Positions 59,669 to 64,000 of a DNA stretch of 64,000 nt are shown one piece after another (within the stretch, counting starts at the first letter, position 1; the number at the start of each line of letters is the position of its first letter). The position numbers and the translations under genes are program-made. Under the pieces are notes generated by a model that saw only the letters and a program-made list of their open reading frames with translations, had not been told where the DNA came from and did no database searches. Source of the DNA: Candidatus Dormiibacterota bacterium (lineage in GTDB: Bacteria; Verrucomicrobiota; Verrucomicrobiia; Chthoniobacterales; UBA10450); NCBI GenBank assembly GCA_035472675.1, contig DATIOX010000232.1:511-64510 (forward strand), given 5' to 3'.

Positions 59669-60610
59669 ATGCAGCAAGTTACCGTCCGCGTTCCGGCGAG
59701 CACCTCGAATCTCGGTCCTGGCTTCGATTGCCTCGGTGTCGCACTGCGCATCTATAACAGCGTAACAGTTACTCGCGGTCGATTGCGCGAACAACCCCAT
59801 CCGCAAATTGTCTCGCAGGCAGCCGGCCGGTTTTTCAAACAAGCACGTCGCCGCGCGTTTCAATTTTCTTTTTCAATCGTAGAAAAAATTCCGCGGTCGC
59901 GCGGCCTTGGCAGCAGCGCAACCATTCGCCTCGGCATTTTGTATGCGCTCAACCAGTTCAGTGGCGATCCACTCGACCGACTGACGATTTTCCAATTGTG
60001 CGCTGACTTGGAAGGTCACCCCGATAACGCTGCACCGGCAGCTTTTGGTGGGTTTACGGTAGTGGCGGGTTCGGCGCGCGGCGCCGACTCCCGAAAGCTT
60101 GCCACGGAACGAGTCCGTCTGACCGGCAAACTTTTGGGACAGCGCGGCGTTCCTACCTTTCAACGCTTCGAAGTTTCCCCGCGTTTGTACTTCGTCTTAC
60201 TCGTTCCAGACCTTGAAATTCGAACTTCGATAGCGCGAAAGCTTTTGCCATCGAAAATTTCGCATGCCGCCGCGGTTGTGAATTGTGCAAATGCGTGTGC
60301 GATGGCCGCTGCCTTCGCCTCAAAAGATTACGAAAAGCTGCGCGGCGCTTTTGCTGATTATCTGCATCAGCCGTTTCGCGCAAAACTGATTTCATTTCTT
60401 CCAGGGGTCATCGCCTGCGCCGAAAAAGCAGGTGCGCTTGGCGCTTTCCTTAGCGGCAGTGGCTCGACAATCTGCGCCATCACGTTGCAACGTCCAGATC
60501 GGGTTGCTGCGGCTATGAAGCGTGCCGCCCGATCGTCACTGTCGCGTACAATCATCACGCGTGCCGATAACCGAGGCACGCAAATTTTGAATTTGAAATC
60601 CGAAATTTGA
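59669..60610 (+). CDS. thrB: homoserine kinase
   Basis: VRVPASTSNLGPGFDCLG and the GHMP motif IPRSRGLGSSA. ATG at 59669. Confidence 0.9.
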   Translation: MQQVTVRVPASTSNLGPGFDCLGVALRIYNSVTVTRGRLREQPHPQIVSQAAGRFFKQARRRAFQFSFSIVEKIPRSRGLGSSATIRLGILYALNQFSGDPLDRLTIFQLCADLEGHPDNAAPAAFGGFTVVAGSARGADSRKLATERVRLTGKLLGQRGVPTFQRFEVSPRLYFVLLVPDLEIRTSIARKLLPSKISHAAAVVNCANACAMAAAFASKDYEKLRGAFADYLHQPFRAKLISFLPGVIACAEKAGALGAFLSGSGSTICAITLQRPDRVAAAMKRAARSSLSRTIITRADNRGTQILNLKSEI

Positions 60611-60619
60611 GATTACCCA

Positions 60620-61810
60620 ATGGGTCGGCGGCTTGAAAACCTGGAACAGTTTGGAATCGACGTTGTGCTCGAGCGCCGTCATGGCGCTCGCGCCTCGATC
60701 TTGCGGGGAATCCTCTACGCGCTCTCGTTCGCTTACGATCGGCTCGTACAGCTGCGGCTTTATTTTTACCGCAAAAGAATTTTTCGAGAACGCGCCCTTG
60801 GCGTTCTCGTCATCAGCGTTGGCAACCTAACCGTTGGAGGCACGGGCAAGACACCGATTGTGGAAAAGATTGCGCGCGCGCTGCAGGCAGGCGGGCGTCG
60901 GGTGGCGATTTTAAGTCGCGGTTATAAAAGCATGCCGCGGAGGCGAAGCCTGCTAAGTCGGCTCTACGACAAAAATCCCGATCCTTCACGGATTGTCTCC
61001 GACGGAACATCGCTCTTGCTGGATTCGCGTACGTCTGGTGATGAGCCGTACATGCTGGCGCACAACTTGAAGAACGTTATCGTCCTCGTGGACAAAGACC
61101 GCGTCAAAAGTGGCCTGCTCGCCATCGACAAATGGAAGGTCGATACGCTCCTCCTGGACGACGGCTTGCAGTATCTCTATCTCAAACATCGCCTGGACAT
61201 CGTGCTTGTGGATCGGCAGGCGCCATTTGGTAATGAATATCTCCTTCCGCGTGGCACGCTGCGTGAAGCGCCACGAAATCTTCGACGCGCCAGCTACATC
61301 TTTATCACGAAGAACACAGGGGAACCCAACGACGCTCTTGTGAAACGGATTCGCCGTTACAATCGCACCGCCGAGATTATCGAATGCGCGCACAAGCCGC
61401 TCTATCTGCAGAATGTTTTCACCGGAGAAAAAGTGCCACTGGAGCGCTTGCGTGACACTTTTATCGGCTCGATCAGCGCCATCGCCGCGCCCGAGAGCTT
61501 CGAAGCCGCATTGGAAAAGCTCGGCGCACACGTCGATCTGGCCAAGCGCTACATCGATCATCACTACTATTCCGAGGCGGAGTTAATCAGTTTCATCAAA
61601 CGTTGCATCCGGCGCGACCTGGAGATGATTGTGACAACTGAAAAGGATTCGGTGCGCATGCCGCGTTTGCCCGAGTCCGAAATGAAGGTGCCCATTTATT
61701 TTTTGCGGGTAGAAATCGAGATCCTTAGCGGCCACGAAAGCTGGGAGCATTGCGTAGCGCGGATTTGTAAACCGCAGCCTCTGCTCCCGCCCGAGCGGTT
61801 CTTTGCCTGA
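60620..61810 (+). CDS. lpxK: tetraacyldisaccharide 4'-kinase
   Basis: [17 protein letters not shown]-loop, SRGYK and DDGLQ. Confidence 0.9.
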   Translation: MGRRLENLEQFGIDVVLERRHGARASILRGILYALSFAYDRLVQLRLYFYRKRIFRERALGVLVISVGNLTVGGTGKTPIVEKIARALQAGGRRVAILSRGYKSMPRRRSLLSRLYDKNPDPSRIVSDGTSLLLDSRTSGDEPYMLAHNLKNVIVLVDKDRVKSGLLAIDKWKVDTLLLDDGLQYLYLKHRLDIVLVDRQAPFGNEYLLPRGTLREAPRNLRRASYIFITKNTGEPNDALVKRIRRYNRTAEIIECAHKPLYLQNVFTGEKVPLERLRDTFIGSISAIAAPESFEAALEKLGAHVDLAKRYIDHHYYSEAELISFIKRCIRRDLEMIVTTEKDSVRMPRLPESEMKVPIYFLRVEIEILSGHESWEHCVARICKPQPLLPPERFFA

Positions 61811-61916
61811 GTGAAACGGCCATTTTACCTATGAAAACCGCCGTTTTCCAAGCATCATCGTTGTAACACATAAAAACGCATAATAACGCGAATTTACTTG
61901 TTTTTGCGGCAACCAG

Positions 61917-63080
61917 ATGGCAACGGTAAGGGTCATGAGACAGCGCAAAATCAAGGTCCGCAGATACACCGACAGCAATCGTCCACATCTCAAATTCGTC
62001 GTGAACCACCGCGAAGCCGGAAAACGAAAGCGAAGTTTCTTTGAAATTAAGGAACAGGCTAATTCATTCGCCGCCTTCAAGAATTCCGAGTTGAGACGCA
62101 ACGGCGTTGAAGGCGCAGAGTTTCCAACGGCGTTGCGCGTCATGGCGCAGGACGGCGCCGAGAAGCTGAAGCCGTTCGGCAGGACTATCGAGGAGGCTTG
62201 CGACTTTTTTGTCGCACACTTGAAAGCGAGCGAGAAATCCTGCACCGCAGTTCAACTGGTCAGGGAGCTTCTTGCCGCAAAGAAAGCAGACGGCGCATCG
62301 GAACGGTATCTGCGCGACATTCGCATCCGGGTTGGAAAGTTCGCCGACAAGTTCAACGGCAGAATGGTCGCCACAATCACGCGAAAAGAGATCGACGACT
62401 GGTTGCGTTCGATTCCCTTCTCGGCGTTGACGCGAAATGGCTACCGGAGACTCGTGGTGCTGGCGTTCAACTTCGCGGTCCGAAATGGCTACGCGACCGC
62501 CAATCCAGCGTTGGGCGCGGCGAAGGCGAAGGTCGTGCAAAAAGCGCCCGGCATTCTTGCCGTGCAAGAAACCGCTCGCCTTCTGGAAGCCGCCTCGTCG
62601 GAGATCCTGCCGTGTCTGGCAGTCGGAGCATTCGCCGGATTGCGCCGCGCCGAGATCGAGCGGTTGGATTGGAGCGAGATCGATTTCGAGAGCAATCTTA
62701 TCGAAGTCAAAGCGGAGAAGGCCAAGACGGCGCAACGCAGGTTTGTGACGATCCAACCCAACCTGCGCGAGTGGCTATTGCCACTTCGCAAACACAAGGG
62801 CAAGCTCGCGCCCGAAAAGGATTTCAAAAAACTGTTCATCCAGGTACGTGAAACCGCTGGCTTGCGAGAATGGCCGGCGAACGGATTGCGTCACTCGTTC
62901 GCCAGCTATCACCTGGCGCACTTTAAAAACGCCGCTTCAACGGCATTGGAGCTCGGACACCACGACAGCCGCATCACGTTCTCGCACTACCGCGAACTGG
63001 TTAGGCCGAAAGAGGCCGCGCGCTATTGGAACATCAAACCGGAGACGAGCGCGAAGGTTGTCCCGCTCGTGACACGATGA
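61917..63080 (+). CDS. tyrosine-type site-specific recombinase/integrase
   Basis: GLRRAEI (Arg I), LRHSFASY (His-x-x-Arg), GHHD and the HY..LV catalytic Tyr, preceded by a SAM-like core-binding domain. Confidence 0.9.
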   Translation: MATVRVMRQRKIKVRRYTDSNRPHLKFVVNHREAGKRKRSFFEIKEQANSFAAFKNSELRRNGVEGAEFPTALRVMAQDGAEKLKPFGRTIEEACDFFVAHLKASEKSCTAVQLVRELLAAKKADGASERYLRDIRIRVGKFADKFNGRMVATITRKEIDDWLRSIPFSALTRNGYRRLVVLAFNFAVRNGYATANPALGAAKAKVVQKAPGILAVQETARLLEAASSEILPCLAVGAFAGLRRAEIERLDWSEIDFESNLIEVKAEKAKTAQRRFVTIQPNLREWLLPLRKHKGKLAPEKDFKKLFIQVRETAGLREWPANGLRHSFASYHLAHFKNAASTALELGHHDSRITFSHYRELVRPKEAARYWNIKPETSAKVVPLVTR

Positions 63081-63916
63081 ATAAAAAGCCCGGCCCCAAA
63101 AAGGGCTCCGGCGTTCTCTCCGGCATAAAACCGGAGCACACATATTGGCAAATAATTCTCCGTTTCAGATTCGATTCCGCCGAATGGCCAATGGCAACGT
63201 TACAGTATTTAATCAAGAACGGCAGTATCCCTCGTGGCGTGCGCCTCTCGCGGTACGATCCATTTTGGAACACCCTCTGTGTTGAATTTGAACAGGCGGT
63301 GCTCAACGGTGATTTTCAATGGTTCGAGCGACAGGCGAACGCGATTAAGAAAGTCGAAGTCGAATTGTCGCAATTAGACCGATTCAGAGTGAAGGTCGTC
63401 CTTCTACTCGAACAACTAGACGAGGCAGCTCAAGCAGACGGCGAGACCGTGAAGTATTTATTAAAGCTAACCCCTGCCGGAAAGCTCACCGATAAAACGG
63501 CAAACGACATCTGGAAGGCGGTGGTAGCTGCCGCTTGCAAAGAAGCTAAGACGCGCTCGCTAATTGACCAGGAGGTCGCAGACGCAGCCGCAACCGCGGA
63601 ACGCCTCGGGCGTCGCTTACAGGATAACAAGAAGCGCCAGATAATTGAACAAGTGGTAGCCGAAATCCACGGCTTCAGGACCAAGGAACTCGCAATGGAT
63701 GCGATTCGTGAGCTTGCAGGGCGGCTCGGATTCAAACTCAAAAAACAAGCGCGCCGAGTCAGCGAGATGTCAGCACAAAAGAAAAACAAAATCATTGCCC
63801 TAGCGCCTTCCGCTGCTCCTGCCCCCACTGGAGATGCTGCTGCGCTCGTGCCCGGAGCGCCTCTATTTTCTTCTGGTAATCGGCGTCACTCGCGTCACCG
63901 GCGTGGGCGTCAATGA
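63077..63916 (+). CDS. hypothetical protein translationally coupled to the integrase
   Basis: The ATG overlaps the integrase stop (ATGA). It has a basic N-terminus MNKKPGPKKGSG and is helical and charged. Its last ~40 codons overlap a convergent open frame, so the true end is uncertain. Confidence 0.5.
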   Translation: MNKKPGPKKGSGVLSGIKPEHTYWQIILRFRFDSAEWPMATLQYLIKNGSIPRGVRLSRYDPFWNTLCVEFEQAVLNGDFQWFERQANAIKKVEVELSQLDRFRVKVVLLLEQLDEAAQADGETVKYLLKLTPAGKLTDKTANDIWKAVVAAACKEAKTRSLIDQEVADAAATAERLGRRLQDNKKRQIIEQVVAEIHGFRTKELAMDAIRELAGRLGFKLKKQARRVSEMSAQKKNKIIALAPSAAPAPTGDAAALVPGAPLFSSGNRRHSRHRRGRQ

Positions 63917-64000
63917 CCTTGAGCCCGTTCTGCACCAAGCTCAGAAAGTCGTCGAGCGCTTTCACCAGCGCGTCGCGCTCCTCTTTGCACGCTTGGTTGT
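63792..64000 (-). CDS. C-terminal part of a hypothetical protein entering from the right edge
   Basis: The frame is open from the window edge to TGA at 63792: ...ERDALVKALDDFLSLVQNGLKVIDAHAGDASDADYQKKIEALRARAQQHLQWGQEQRKALGQ. No start is visible within the window. Confidence 0.3.
   Translation of the reverse strand, partial: NQACKEERDALVKALDDFLSLVQNGLKVIDAHAGDASDADYQKKIEALRARAQQHLQWGQEQRKALGQ

Larger units (their letters stand above)
61811..64000. mobile_element. possible edge of an integrative element (integrase module)
   Basis: An integrase and a coupled ORF of unknown function lie directly after the core gene lpxK, behind an AT-richer 106-nt spacer. No tRNA or att repeat is visible in the window. 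Confidence 0.35.

Overview
This is a 64-kb chromosomal window of about 55% GC. The protein families (DUF885, DUF2723, DUF3667, PD40, lmo0937) and the odd intergenic hairpins suggest a soil PVC/Verrucomicrobia-like bacterium, but that is inference only. The window is mostly housekeeping genes: alaS; tRNA-Thr, tuf, tRNA-Trp, secE, nusG and rplK; rplA, rplJ, rplL, rpoB and rpoC; rpsB and tsf; purS and purQ; tyrS; thrB; lpxK; tsaD. Around these sit exported hydrolases, transporters and small membrane proteins. I found no rRNA, no CRISPR array, no transposase, and no recognisable defence, toxin-antitoxin, secretion or biosynthetic cluster. I cannot point to a convincing new multi-gene system. The observations most worth a second look are: (1) the normally adjacent rplK and rplA are separated by an 8.5-kb block of five genes for exported or membrane proteins, and rplA has its own promoter-like site; (2) an outer-membrane beta-barrel gene is interrupted by one in-frame TAG; (3) a family of long imperfect hairpins, with arms built from short tandem words, sits at gene ends, alongside two other small repeat families; (4) a cobalamin riboswitch with a large expression platform lies ahead of a BtuB-like receptor; (5) a decayed 5' fragment of a paralogous permease shows a synonymous-only substitution pattern; (6) a tyrosine-integrase module begins at the right edge after lpxK. 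Start codons were checked by eye against the sequence. Hairpin and repeat coordinates are approximate to a few nt.
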